The position numbers and the translations under genes were made by a program. Of a DNA stretch of 64,000 nt, positions 25,440 through 39,029 are shown in pieces. The stretch is from Glaucostegus cemiculus. Lineage: Eukaryota. Under the pieces are notes generated by a model. The model made no database searches. It was not told where the DNA came from and saw nothing but the letters and a program-made list of their open reading frames with translations. Location: the NCBI GenBank assembly GCA_976551045.1, contig CDPCPM010000013.1:10416001-10480000 (forward strand). The letters are read 5' to 3'. Positions within the stretch are counted from its first letter, which is position 1; each line of letters starts with the position of its first letter.

Positions 25440-26690
25440 GGCTGACTTTTCTTTGTGTATCTGTTAATAGCTGTTTTCTTCTTGGACTCATGAAGGATGT
25501 ATTTTGCTTGAAATACTTGTCTTACAATTTCTGCCATTCTGTAGCTCAGCTGGTGACTCCATGTCAGTCTTGAGATAAGTAGCTATGTGACAATGTGGCA
25601 AGATATGGACCTTCCTTTGTCTCTCCACATTTATTATGGACCAATCCCTTTACAAACCCATTGTCATGTCAGCATCTTGGAGATTCTTTATTCTATAAAT
25701 AGGATTGAAATTGTTCTAGTTATTACTGGAACTCTTCCATCCTTCTGAGTAGCAGTGTCAACCCTGAGGTACCATTCTTGGGTGCATGTGAACAAATTAG
25801 CCTCAATAGAATGCCATGGCCAATGGATTTCAATAGCCAGCATTTCCTCCTGTATCATGTGTTTCTCTACTTCTAGCCTACGCTATAGATCTACATTCTC
25901 TTTCTACCACTGTAGATATCAGTCAAGTATACATCTGATTTAGATACAGTTTGCATTTCCCTGTACAAGTGTGGCCTTTATGTACTTTCTGGATTCTCCC
26001 TGCATTTTTGCAGTATGATAATTCTGGATTCCGCCTATGGAATCCCATTTTCCAGTGAGGTTTCTCTGATTAGCTAAGGACATTTAATTGCCAGCTTTGC
26101 TCAATTCTGTTTTCAAGACTATCACTGAATCACTTGAGAGAAAGCTTCCAGTTCTTCATTTGTGTCAGGTTTGTTCATGTCACATTTGCTAGGTAGAGTA
26201 TTGTCACACCTAGGCCACACCTCACCTGCTTTTCCTGTGGCAGCAGTCAGGATGGTGATCCTGCTAACACCACTTCTTTCCTGGTTTCTATTCCAGAGTT
26301 TTCAGGTTTTCAGGAAAGATCTTTTGTTACGCAGTGTTACTTGGTGTTCTTGTATCCAGTTTTAGGTTTAGCTTACTAGTTGTGAGTTCCTTTCTTATAC
26401 ATTTTTCACATCTGGACTCCTGTGAGGATTTTATTTCCCTGAAATAAGCCACACCCAGTTACTCCTTGTTGATGCAACTGTTCCCTTGAGGACTGATTGT
26501 GGTATTTAATGTATTATCTGTCCACTTGTAGCCTCCTGTGCTCCGGCTAGATCAACAGTTTGTGCTGTAGTGATTTCCACTTACCCATTACAGCTTTCTG
26601 CGACCAGGTTGGCTAAGGCCTGGATGAATTGCTCTACCAACCTTCTATCCAAATATTTACACCTGCATTTACTTGTAGTACTTCTAAATC
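25440..26690 (-). mobile_element. Internally deleted Gypsy LTR-retrotransposon pol remnant
   Basis: Minus strand gives KLNLKLDTR (protease-like, ~26370-26345), IQKVHKGHTCTGKCKL (integrase Zn-binding, ~25995-25945) and QEEMLAIEIHWPWHSIEANLF (~25850-25790). Confidence 0.65.
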
Positions 26691-26721
26691 ATATATGGAA
26701 GTCACCGATGGGTTCACAAAT

Positions 26722-26890
26722 AACTATAGATGCTGGAAATCCAAAATAAAAGCAGAGAATGCTGGAAATATTAAGTAGGTTAAGCAGTATCCATGGAAGG
26801 AGAAACAAAATCAGTGCTTCAAGTTCATGACCTTCCATCTAATTAAAGGTTGAACCACTTTCTTTCTCCACAGGTGCCTGCTGCCTGACC
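26722..26890. mobile_element. Decayed Penelope-type palindromic element
   Basis: AGATGCTGGAAATCCAAAATAAAAGCAGAGAATGCTGG...TTTCTCCACAGGTGCCTGCTGCCTGACC. Confidence 0.55.
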
Positions 26891-29800
26891 AAAAGTAAAG
26901 CTAACCTTCTCTTCATCACTCACATCTTTCAGAAAATTACTGTATGCCAATTTACATTTTTGTTTTAATTTTCTGAAATCCTTCACATCATTGGTTTCTC
27001 TGTTCACCATAGGCTGGAGATCATCAGGTGTTTTTCACAGACAGGCACTGACAATCACTACAAGCACTAAGACCATATATTTACTTTTTCCTTTACTCAG
27101 TTAACCACTGTCATTATATAATGTCAAGTTGTTTTCCAAAACACTAGATTTCCAGACTCAGATCTGTGGCTCATAATGTGTTAATTCTTCCACACTCTAT
27201 GCCATGTGCTAACTCAGTGATACAATGCATGTTCAGCATAGAGAACCAATGAGTGAAGCATAATTCTTACTTAACCTTACAATAATATAACATTTATAAC
27301 AATAAAAGGAACCAGGTTCTATGCTCATCATCCCCGGTGTGCTCTTTTCTATTTCATATTTATTTAGTTGAACTTTAATTTTTCCAACTGCAATGATGAA
27401 ATTTGAACTCACACCTCTGGATTATTGAATAAGTTATGTTATTAGTCCTGTAACAAAACCAGTATCTTATTGACCCAGGACAAGATCCGAGCCTGCCATT
27501 ATAGTCATGCCATTACATACAGGGATATTCCTCTGATGCACTGAATGGAAAAAGATGGAAGCAGAAAATAAAGTGGAGGACACAAGTGAAGATTTAAAAC
27601 ATATCTAGCTAATAACTTCATAATTTAATATATTTATTATATAGAAGATATGGACGGTAAACATGAAAACATGACAAATCAACCATGGCAGAATATCTTA
27701 AATTCTAAGTAATTTCCAAAGGGAATTAATTTTTCCTGTGTAAACCTCTTCTTAAAATTTTACCTCTGGCAGAAGAGTGCCTGCTAATTACAATTGATTA
27801 AACCCTCTGAGTATTGAAAAAGAAATTAGGGTCAGTGAAGATGCATAGGTAATGACTTTCTCAAATGCTGCTGGGTTTTTTAAATTAAGAATTAATTTTA
27901 AGGCCGTGCAGTGAAAGGAGTCAAAAGTAGGCAAGTTAGCCCTTGGCATCATCCAGCTCATCCAACAAGTAACAAATGAACTGTTCATATTCTGATGGGT
28001 CAGAGAGACAGGTTAGAATGGTGGAGAATAATGTAGACCTTTAATATCTGCTGATTCTTAAAGTGGATCTTGCAAATCTTTGTATTGCATTATTTTTAAA
28101 ATGTTTGGAGGAATATTGAAAGAATTTGTACAAGGTTAATCACTTACTAAAAATGTACCTGCATTTAAAATGTGCAAGCGTGAGAACAGATTGAGGGTTT
28201 GGCAATTTTTCTTTTCCCTGTGAGTAGGTAAGGCTTTGGATTACGTGATTGAGGCTGACCCTCTGTTAGCCTCAGAAGATCTCAACAGAGTTACCAATCA
28301 CTCGTGTGCGTGGTGAGTGGTCTTAAAATAACCTGGCCCATGTGCTCTTCAGCACAGCTTTGATCACCTTTGTGGGGTTCAGAGGAACCTCTTGGTCCTG
28401 GTTCTTCTTGCTGTCCATGGTGATCACATGCCTACAAGGGACAGGAACTGCTGAGCCACAAAACTCCAAATATAATGAGTAAGGGGCAGGTTTAGTGGAC
28501 TTTGCCTGACAGTCATTTCTGAATGTTTATTCCAAATTAATAAATGCTGTAATTTTAAGATTATGACAGTAAAACAATCATTAGGTACCATTATTATGCT
28601 GATTACACTAATAAATTGATAGTTGTAGGCAATTTTTAATGCTTTATAAAGCCCGTATGAATGTAATACTGATAGAGAGAAATTAATTGAAGTATTTGAT
28701 CTTTCATCATAAAGAACTGATTATTGCCAATGTCTGACTGCCTATCCTCCTGAGAATATTCACTTTCTCTTGTTTATTCATCTCTTGGTTTATATATATC
28801 ATATATACTTGAGTTGCATTAATTGAAAGGAAAACATTAACAATTTCTAAGAAAGATGTAAAAGGATTCAAAAACTAAATCTGTGCTAAAAGAATAGTAT
28901 GCATGCAGACATCTGGGATAAGTTTATGCATTTCATCAGGATTGCCATATGAATCCTGTTTAATTAATAAGAGCTGATGTTGGAGGAAACAAACATACAT
29001 GAGGGTCAAGGTGAACTTCTGGTTATAGGCTTTCTCAAGAGGATGTAGAGATACCGTTCTATCTTTGGATTATTTTGTCCGGATCTTTGTTTTGGAAGAG
29101 GATGGAAATAAAGATGTCTGGGGAAGTGCAGGCAAATATCTTACTGTTGGTTGATGATTTTATTGAGTTCCCTTCACACTGATTGCATGTCATTAGGGAG
29201 GGAGGCAGAGATTGAGGAAGGAGTCTGTAGGGAAAATATATCACCTCTTTCTTTCATTTGTACTGTTGTATCCCTTGCTTTGTGATGTGTCTATATTACA
29301 AATTATATGTGTTTATTTTATCATCTATATATTTTCTTACTGTGCCAAAAGTAGATGAATATTGCCTATATTTAAAAGGGATTATCAAACTGACCCATCT
29401 GAAACAAGCAATCACACATTGATTAACCCATGACCAATAAGAGGCAGGAAAATTGGAAGGCATGTTACTAATCAGTGTAAATAATAATTTGAAGAATATT
29501 GCCAGCAAAGATCCAAAGGTACCTTCTTTGAAGACATTACAAATATTCAAGTTCTATACAAGAATTTAATTTGCAAGTGGGTTCAAAGAAAATTCAATGT
29601 TCACATAATTCAATGGGGAGATGCCAAGTTCAGTAGTTGTGATGTTATCAAGTTGCTTGAACAGACAATCACAGAGCAATCTCATAGACACATTCCCAGA
29701 AGCAAAAGGCAAAATGTCTGATTAAATTTTTAAGTATTATACAGAATCCCAAATAAAGATCATAACATATGCATATGATTAAGGCAAAAACTGAAAAATC

Positions 29801-30949
29801 ATCACAAAATGTTTTAATTCTTCTCTTACATTTTAAAATTCCTTATGTTTTGAAATATTCATGGAAAGGAATGACAATCTTCAAAAGTGGTTTCTCGAGG
29901 ATAGGTTGTTTACAAAGAAGTCATTATGGTTTCATATATCATTAAATATTCACCCAGATTTCATGTAACAAACAAAAAGGTTTTCTGTGAATTTTATAGC
30001 AGAACCATTTTGTATGTAGTTAAATTCACATCAGTTGTTTCTTGATTGTGAGAACAAGGGTTCCAAACAGCACAGCCTGTGGGGATGTTCTCTATCATTG
30101 ATAATAAATGTTGAATTTCCATGTTAAAATGCATGTGTTAAAATCCCAAAACTGCAATCAGTTTCACAGTGTAATGTCAGTATTGTTGGTAGTTTTGTCG
30201 ACATTACCTCCACAAAATTCAGGCCATAATTTCTTTGCAGTTTCTGAAATTTCTTGACAGCATTTGATGTGAAAGGCTGTTAATTAACTAAAAGACAAAG
30301 GTATCCAAGGCAGAACATGGGACAGGATAAGAAACTGATTTAAAAAGTAGGACACAGAGAGTACTTGTGCGTGTAATGTCATCTTAGGTGGAAGAGTTTA
30401 ATAAAGCCCCAAAGGATTCAGTACTTGGAAGCATATTCTTTCTAATGTGTACAGATTACTGATACTGAAGCTAAATGTAAGCTTAGCAAATTTACTGGTG
30501 ATACTAACAGAGCAGTACACAGCAAAAAATTCAAGAAGATTGGGCGTAAATGGGCATTTCAATGGCACATTAAAGCAATGCACAGTAGTCAAAAAATTAT
30601 GCATCATTAATAAACAATAGGTGAAATTAAGCATGCAGAGAAAAACCTGGAAAGGGTTATGAGTGACAGCGAACTCATCATTTTTCAATTCTCTGTTTAC
30701 TTAATATTCAGTGAACACGACAAAGAAATGGAACTTCTCAGCTAGCTTTGCTGCTCTTTAATGTTTGTGATACTTAATTACCCAGAGGCTGGTTCAGTTA
30801 TTTTTTATTAAATCTACGTGTTCTATTCACTTTGGACTGACATCCTGCTTAGATTTATTTATCAATTAAAGGAACGGCTTATGTTCTTGATTAATCTTGG
30901 GATAGTTCCCAGTTTTTGTTTGTGGAAGTGCTTTTGTATCTCAGTGCAG

Positions 30950-33900
30950 CAGGAGCCACAGCAGAGGTATCAAGGTCACAAACTTGGCAACCTTCTCTCT
31001 GCTGGTCCGAATGCCACCATTCACTGAGTAAACCTGCAACAACTGAACGTGCCCAAAGGCCAACACAAATGTCAGGGTTGCTATAAAAAAGGGCTCATCT
31101 CAGAGCTGGCACCAATAGTCATATCTGCCAACATGAGGGTCTCTTCTCTATCAAACAACAACTACTTGAAATGTTGTGCTCTGAAAATAAATTCTTTATC
31201 TACAAGAGACACCACAAAGGCAACAGACGATGAATAACTTAAAGAATTCAAGGACAGTGTGGCAATGCTATCTTTGTAAAGCTAGGACTGCCCATTTGGC
31301 AATATCAATGACCCACAAAAATGACATTGAGATGCTAAATGTAAATGTCAGAGTACATGTCAATCATGTCAATTTAAAACCACTCAATATGAACCAACAA
31401 CATATCCAAGAGAATTTTACTGATTATTAGTGACTTTAAAAGGCATTATAATAACTGGGGATAAAATGAAGATGAAGAATTGGTAGAAATTTGAGCAGAA
31501 GCCAAGCAGCAGAACCTGATTGTTAAGCTGGATACAAACACCCAAACTCCTTCAATGTTGGATGCTGGGAGGGAGTCTGCCATCCTGACCTTAATTTTGT
31601 CAACAACAGTATCACAGTATCAAAGCTGCACAGACCTGATCCCACATGCTCAGTACTGTCCCACGGATGTACATCCATCAGTTATAACCCCCAAAATGGT
31701 AAGTTTCACATATCACATCAATTTCAAGAAAACCTAAACAGGAAAATTTCACAGCAAAGAAATGGTAGCCATCAAACCTCACACAGAAAGCTTTGAGCAG
31801 TTTGTAAACATAGTGAAATACACTCCCAGAAATGACACTCCGTAAAGGTGCTAAACAAACTGCGTAAAAGATTGTAACCAGACCTGGTTGTCTTATTGAA
31901 CAATCAAATTCAAGTGTATGAAACTGATCCTTTTGCAGAAGACACCATTGCAAAAGGTGAAAATCTTGTTTCTGGACTGGCAAAAGAAACCTCAAGTCAT
32001 GGCAGAAATTGACATAAAACACATACATAACAAAAGGGAGGCTTGATCAACTGTTAATAAACTGAAGATTATCTATAAAAGACAGAACAATAATACCACA
32101 TAACAACTAACCAGGTAGTATAACAGCTGCTTAAGCTGGTCAGACCTCCAAACAAACAACAGAAAAGGAACAACAATAAGAAGGAAGAAAGAGAATGATT
32201 TCTGTAATCACTGACCAGCAGCTGAAGAAGCCATCAATGACATGAAGAAGGGCCAGGCTATAGAAATTAACATTTGCAGTGCAAAAAATTTATTACGTTA
32301 TTGCATTTCTGAAGCTCAGTTAGGACTCTTCATATTCAAAGATCTTTTAGGCAACATCCTCGCTGTGCCACTTCTATAACTTCTCCATGGATTGTCACCT
32401 TGTCGTGGTGGAGATGCTTGTGTGGTCCTGAGATTCCGAGAGCAATGCCATCTGGAGCTATGCTCGTAGTAGGGTCACCCAAGGCGGTAAGGTCAATGGT
32501 GAGGTCCCTGACAAAGAACAATCTGACCAAGACCTCAACGGTGGAACAAGCAGACGAAGTTACTTCGAACTCAACGGCTGGAAGGCAGATGAAGGCTGCA
32601 ACAAATCCATCAGCGCCAATTGTTGTGGTTTCCATGCCATTGAAATCAGTTGGTTGATTTGTGAAGTATCGTGTGCTTTTTGCAGTGCAACACCAAGTAC
32701 ATGTTAAACAAATATACGCACAGGTGTCTTCACTCTGTGGTCTACTTCTGGTCAACGGAACAAAGACCATCATCCTCAACCTTGAGGGATAGTCACGACA
32801 ATGACGACTTCTATAAACTTGAAGTGTATCATCCTGAATCCATTCCCGCTCATCCCCAAACAAGCCAGTTCATACCCAGGTGTGCACTAGCCTGGTGTCA
32901 AACCTGATGATGGTTTTGAGTAAAACTGAATCACTTTGTTGTTTTAACCACCTATGGTGGGCATGCAACACTGTCAATCATCCAATATTGCTTTGGAATA
33001 TCTACAACATGACAACAAACCAACAGTTGGTCCATACAATACAAACCCTAAGGGAAAAACATCAATTTTACATTGAACTGGAAGAAATCACAGCTGCTGG
33101 TGTTGGAAATGCAATGGCCTCCCAAGGAAGTATATACACTCCCTTGCTCATTAACATCCAGATAAATGTATTTTCATCAATGCTGATGATCTGACAATAA
33201 TAGCTCAAGCAGTAGACTTTGCCCAGGTTGAATACACCTACAGGTGCACTAGTCAGGTGAACTGTCTATGGTGCTGCTAATTATTTTAAATAAAACAAAC
33301 AAATCACATCAGCCTCTTCTACCTGCTCAATCAAGATGCAAGTAAGAAGCTAAATATCAACAGGACCAGTGCACATCTCACTCATTGCACAAACCCAGTG
33401 TTCCTCAGAGTATCCACTGGTTGTGCACTCTCTTACAAGAAGGACTTTGAGGGTATGAAAAGGAAACTCAGTGTCTAAAATAGTTTCATCTGGATGCTTG
33501 CACACACCCAACTATTAGAATCTCTGCAATCTGTCCATCTCATTCAAAAACCAAGTGTATTTCCAAGTATGGTAACACTCTGCCTGTGAAAAATAAAATC
33601 AATCCAATACTGCACAACGACTGCAGAATTATCACTGGCTGCCTTACGCCAACAAACGTTAAATGCTTGTACATCCTTGCTGGAGTAGCATTACCAAACC
33701 AAAGAGCTGTGGTCAGCCAAAGAGAAAGAAGATAGGAAACAGCAGATTCCAGATACTTTCTACATAGTCATATTGCTGCAGTAAACTGCTTAAGGATGCA
33801 TAGGAACTTCCTCAAGCCAGTGCAGGGAGCAACCATTGTTGCAAACATTCACAAGTGTTGTGGCAGGCACAACTTGCAGACCTTGGCAGTGGGATTACTC

Positions 33901-34170
33901 TGGGCATTAGACTAACTGACCATCTGGAAGACCCCAATCTACCTCCGTACTCAAGCTAGCCAGTAGCAAGCAAACTTGATGAAATGAGACCACACTGCAA
34001 CAGCTGATTTCTGTGACTGCAGTGTGAGGCAGACCGTGCCACAACTTCTGGTCTGCCTTCTGTTCAAGGGCTGCCCACGCACAGCTTTGGATCTTAATGG
34101 GACAAATTTGCAAGTTACTCATCAGTGGAAAGATCAATGGCTTTGTTGGTTGGGCACAAGAAAGAGAAGA
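30950..34170 (+). mobile_element. Near full-length decayed Vingi/Ingi-clade LINE
   Basis: Ordered remnants: APE N-terminus (IVISAN..KQQLLEMLC), SFNVGCWEGVCHPDLNFV, RT (SLCHFYKL; NTVNHPILLWNIYNM; QGSIYTPLLINI; NADDL), CRIITGCLTPTNVKCLYILAGVA, and C-terminal CDC..QTVPQLLVC. GAA-rich tail at ~34160. No RNase H seen. Confidence 0.85.
32383..32806 (+). mobile_element. Short non-autonomous RTE-derived retroelement with TSD
   Basis: The 5' part CACCTTGTCGTGGTGGAG...GAGCTATGC...TAGGGTCACCCAAGGCGG...CCTGACAAAG resembles the RTE (Expander/Rex3/BovB) 5' UTR. (GAC)n-like tail. TSD ACTTCTATAA(A)CTT at 32370-32382 and 32807-32820. Confidence 0.85.
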
Positions 34171-34285
34171 TCACAGCGCAACAAATGTTCTGGAATTCAA
34201 GCTCACCAATAGAGCATTTTACCAAGATTAAGGTTATAATTTATCAGTAATGTTAAACTTATTTTAATTTGGATCACTTTTAAGG

Positions 34286-34522
34286 TTTTTATTTACAGCG
34301 TGGTAACAGGCCCTTTTGGCCCAACGAGTCCGCACCACCCATTCTAAACACCCAAATTAACCTACCCGTACGTCTTTTAGAATGTGGGAGGAAACCCGAG
34401 CACCCGGAGGAAACCCATGCAGACACGGGAGAACGTACAAACTCCTTACAGTCAATGATAGGAATCGAACCCCATTCACTGGTGCTGTAACAGTGTCGCG
34501 CTAACCACTATGCTATCATACC
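34286..34522 (-). mobile_element. V-SINE type A
   Basis: Reverse complement of the 5622 family. Confidence 0.9.
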
Positions 34523-35734
34523 TATAGGTCTTAACAATTGGCATCTTCCTCAAGTGTTCAGGTACCCTTGCACCATGCATCTTTCCCAACCCAGAGTGAT
34601 GATACAGGATCTGTAGCCACCCACATGCCAATGATACCCTACAACTATAGAAAACAGCACAAGACATCTTAGCTTCTCCTTTGCTTTCCCACTCTCCCAG
34701 TTTTTTTGGGAAATAAATCTCCCTGACAATGCAGCTGGCACCATAAATTCACCTGCGGGTAGTTCAGAGTGAGACTTATAATTTTTGTATCCTCAAATAT
34801 AAGTCAGTTGTTCTCATGAGAATGTATTGTATTTTTTCCAAAAATGGATATATTTATTAAGTGCTTTAAAATCACCTCAGTCATTGAAAATACTACCTTC
34901 CAACAAATCACTTCAGCATTACAGTTAAAAATCAGCTTCTTCAGTAGCATCATACTAGTAAACTACATACATTCATTCATTCTGTGTCTAGATGGATTTC
35001 AATATACCATAAAATCTTTGGGAAAGTAAGAAAGAACTGTTTATGAGATAGTTCTTTTGACAGTTTCATTACAAATCACCTAAGCCAGACAAAAGCTATT
35101 GTCACACAGAGATGGAAAGCATCAAATCCCACTCAAGAAATCAGTGCCATCGCCAGGATGGTAGGAAGGACTGGAGCAAAGGTTGAGCCTAGATTAATTG
35201 TCCAGCGGGGATCTCACTAAAATCAATGCTAGTTGTACTATTATGGATGTGTTGAAATTATAGGACAAATTAGCCTTCATAGTAAGCCATATTTTATGTT
35301 TTATTCCAACTGAAAAGTACAGCATTTGTTATCTTGAAGCTTTTCATCTTACAAAAACTGAATTGGTTAAATATTTTGCTTTTAGTTATCTGCCCTTTGT
35401 ATCCTTATGGAATGTATTTCTATGCAGAGGTTCAACTTCAGATTGTACTGCCCTCGTGACTAAACTTCACAAATGAGACACAGTGAATACTGGGAGACTG
35501 CTTGATGACTGAGGCATCACGGCCAGCATGAGCCTATGCATATATAATATCTTCCCTCATATAATTTCTGGAAAAGAGACCCAGGTCCAGAGGTGCTGTC
35601 AAGTTCCTCCACTGCATTTAGGATCAGCTAACTCACCACAGATAAAGAACTGGAGCTGAGATCTGAGATCTGTTACCCCATCAGTTTCTCTCTCAATCAT
35701 CCCTATTGTTTTAAAAGTGCCGTTTAAGACCAAT

Positions 35735-36930
35735 GCTGAGTCAGACAACATGGAAACAGGCCACCACATCCACACTGGCCAGTGGGCACCCATCCATATT
35801 AATCCCACCATCCAGCAGTTGGCCCATTGCCTAAATGATCCAAATGCTTGTCTGAACACTTGCTTTTAGTGACTCTGCTTCCACCACTCTCTCAGGCAGT
35901 GTATTCCAGGTACTCACCACCCTCTGGGTGAAAAAGGTCCTCCTCGGATCCGCTCTAAATCTTGTACCCCTTATCGTAAATCTATGTCCTCTAGTTTTAT
36001 CTACCTATGATACAGGGAAAAGTTTCCTGAAGTCTAAACAATCTATACCCCTCATATCCTTATATACCTCAATCATGTCCCCTCTTAACCTCTTCCACTC
36101 CACAGAAAACAGACCCAACCTCCCCAGTCTCCCCTCATAACTGAAATGCTCCATGCTGGTGAATCTCCCCCACACCCTCTCCAGTGCTGTCATGTTTCCT
36201 ACACTGTAGTGACCAGAACTGCACACAGTACTTCAGCTGAGGTCTGACTTTTAATGTTTTAAGTGGTTGGAGCATGACCACCCTGTTCTTGTATTCGGTG
36301 CCCCAACTAATGAAGGCCAGTACCCCACATACCTTCTTAACCACATTATCTACCTGCACTGCCATATTCAAAGAACTTTGCACTCTGAGGTCCCTCTGGT
36401 CCTCAGTACTCCCTCGGACCTCACCATTTATGGTATATGTCCTAGCCTCATTAGTACTCCCAAAATGAATCTTATTACACTTATCTGGATTAAATTTCAT
36501 CTGCCATTTCACCAACATATCAGCATCATCCTGCAGCCTAAGACTATGCCCCCTCACTGCCAACCACTCCACCAGTCTTCATGTCTCCTGTAAATGTACT
36601 GATCATGTCTCCTTCATCCACATCCTTATCATTCACATATAACAGAAACACCAAGGATCCCAGCCCCAATCCTTGTGGAACACCATTAGTCACAGGAATA
36701 AAATCACAAGAACATCCTCCTACCATCACTCTCTGTCTCCTATTGCTAAGCCAACGTTAGATGCAATTTACCAACTTGCTCTAGATCCCTTGGACCCCAA
36801 CCTTTTGGACCTGTGCCCTATGCGGGACCTTGTCAAGGGTCTTACCGAAGTGCATGTGAACCACGTCTATTGCCCAGCCTTCATCAAAACACTTTGTTAC
36901 ATCTTCAAACATGTCATCCAGGCTTCTCAG
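35735..36930 (-). mobile_element. CR1 LINE 3' fragment (RT through 3' UTR)
   Basis: ORFs contain VTNGVPQGLGLGSLVFLLYVND, WQMKFNPDKC, VRPQLKYCVQFWS and LGLFSVEWKRLRGDMIEVYK. Confidence 0.92.
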
Positions 36931-38049
36931 ATCACCATGCATCATATAGTAATCACAGTTTTTATAATACAGGCAGAAGGCGCCAATACCCGAGGCTGGG
37001 TATATTTAAATGCAATCAAAATAATTCATCTTCTAATTATTTTTCTTCCTAGTCCTTAAGGAAGATATACCCCATAATTGGCTGTGTTCTTGCCAATCAA
37101 CTGATCTACCAGTTTCACTGTGCTGCTATATGGGATTACAGTATGGATACCCATATACTGGCACTGTGCACCTTCCCAACTAAAGGAAATGGGCAGCAGA
37201 ATTAATCTGTCAGAAATTTCAAAGGGCTTATCAGAAACAATGATCTTCCTCAGATTGTTTGATAACTTCATTAAAAAAGCACAATTCAAGTATTTCCCAC
37301 AAGATTAATTGCTAATATACTCCTTTGCTCAAACATCATTAAAATGGACTTCAATAAATGTATTATTTGACATTATGCAACAGATGTGGAGTTTTGCTAA
37401 AGAAGGCATTGTTCATTAGCTCTTTATTTCAAAGGTGAAAAGTGGTTCTCACTACTGATTATTCCAAGTACAGGAGCATTGTAAGTCAGTTGATGGGGAG
37501 GAGCAATGTAAATGAGAACATCTGTTATTTAAAATAACAGCTGGCATGAAAATTGCACAAATTGCTTCTTAAACAAGAATGTTCTTTGAATTTTACTCAC
37601 ATGGTGAATGAAATTGCGTGTCAATAAAAAAATACTTGTGGAAGAAGAAAAAAATATCAGGAACCCATTAATGCCAATATTCTTAGAAATTAAATTGACT
37701 GCTCAGCTTACAGCTATAGTCAGGAGAACAGCAGGTTGTGCCTCTTTCTTCAGAAATAATAAAAACTAAACTTGGGAGCTCAGTTTTTAAACACTAGACT
37801 GAAGGCAGCCAAATGTCCATACCCAAATCACCCATCAGTAAATTAGAACTTGATAAAATGCACATATGTTACTGTAACTGATGTATTATAGTAAACATTC
37901 TATTCTTGATAAACTTCCTCTGCACGCTACAAAAAGCACTTCTCAAGTTGCATCAAAAGTGACTCAATACTGAACTATATATTCAAAGATTATTGTTAAT
38001 ATGGGCAGAATACAGTAGCAATGGAATCGGGATTTCCGGTGTTCACTCA

Positions 38050-38390
38050 CTTGTGGACTGGTTGAAACAGTGTTGAGCTACAGAGACCCTATATGGTTCT
38101 GCGTTCAGTTACTCATTTGCACCAAACTGGCTGGTCTTAGATAATATATTGCAGTTGGCTTGATATTCTGCTGGGGAAAGAGAAATCAGGCAGAGTTTCC
38201 AATCTTGATCATCATCCATTGGCTGCTTCCTGGAAAGTCAGACATAAGTGAAAGCAAAATTAGGTTTAGTTGTAATATCCCTGCTCCCTGCCAACATTCA
38301 CTTCCTAGGGTCTTGAACATGAAGAGTGGGCACACATCCATGGTTCCAGAGAATCCAATCCATGTGTCTCATGGATCACTCCCCCTCCAA
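38050..38390 (+). mobile_element. Old decayed SINE, family unresolved
   Basis: GGGGAAAGAGAAATCAGGCAGAGTTTCC..TGATCATCATCCA..CCTGGAAAGT..ACATGAAGAGTGG resembles a recalled elasmobranch tRNA-SINE body. Confidence 0.4.
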
Positions 38391-39029
38391 TTAGGGATTT
38401 CTTAGGGAAAATAATTCCAATTGGCTGGTATAACTCCAGCAGAACAGCAGCAGTAACCAGACCACCAGCTATGAGTGTTTTCATGTCTGTGGATAAGGGT
38501 CAGGCACAGTGTGCAAACAGCACATCTTGCATCCTAGCACCTGGTTGGCACAAGGAAACATTAGTTTATTCCTGTGAAGCCAGTGAATGAAGGTATGTAG
38601 TCCTTTTAGGATCACACAATTTAATTGTCTGTAGGTGCTTTAAGAATATTCATTTTACACTCAGTCCCATGGCCACTGCTCATTGTACCCTGTTTGGAAA
38701 TATGGCTCTGCTGTAATCTCAATTCTTCCCATTTGAAATATGTTCTGATTTGTTTTCATTGGTCCAAAGAAACTGACTGTTCTACATTAAACTCTGAAAG
38801 CTGTACCACTGACTGCCAAGGTACTGTTGCAACTTTCTGATCCAATTGACATTACTAACTTTAACATCCAACTCAATGTCATTAACAAACTTTGATAAGA
38901 GGCACTCTATTATTTTATTAAACATATGAATCCATTGAGGGATGGTCAAATTCCCTAGTGTTTTATTTACACTTTGAAGTCATGTGGCTGCCAGATAAAA
39001 GTCTGAAAGCAAATCATGCTGGTTTGTAT

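Noticed and set aside
32336-32863. 175-aa minus-strand ORF
   Set aside because: It is antisense to the RTE-derived insert and has no recognisable domain.
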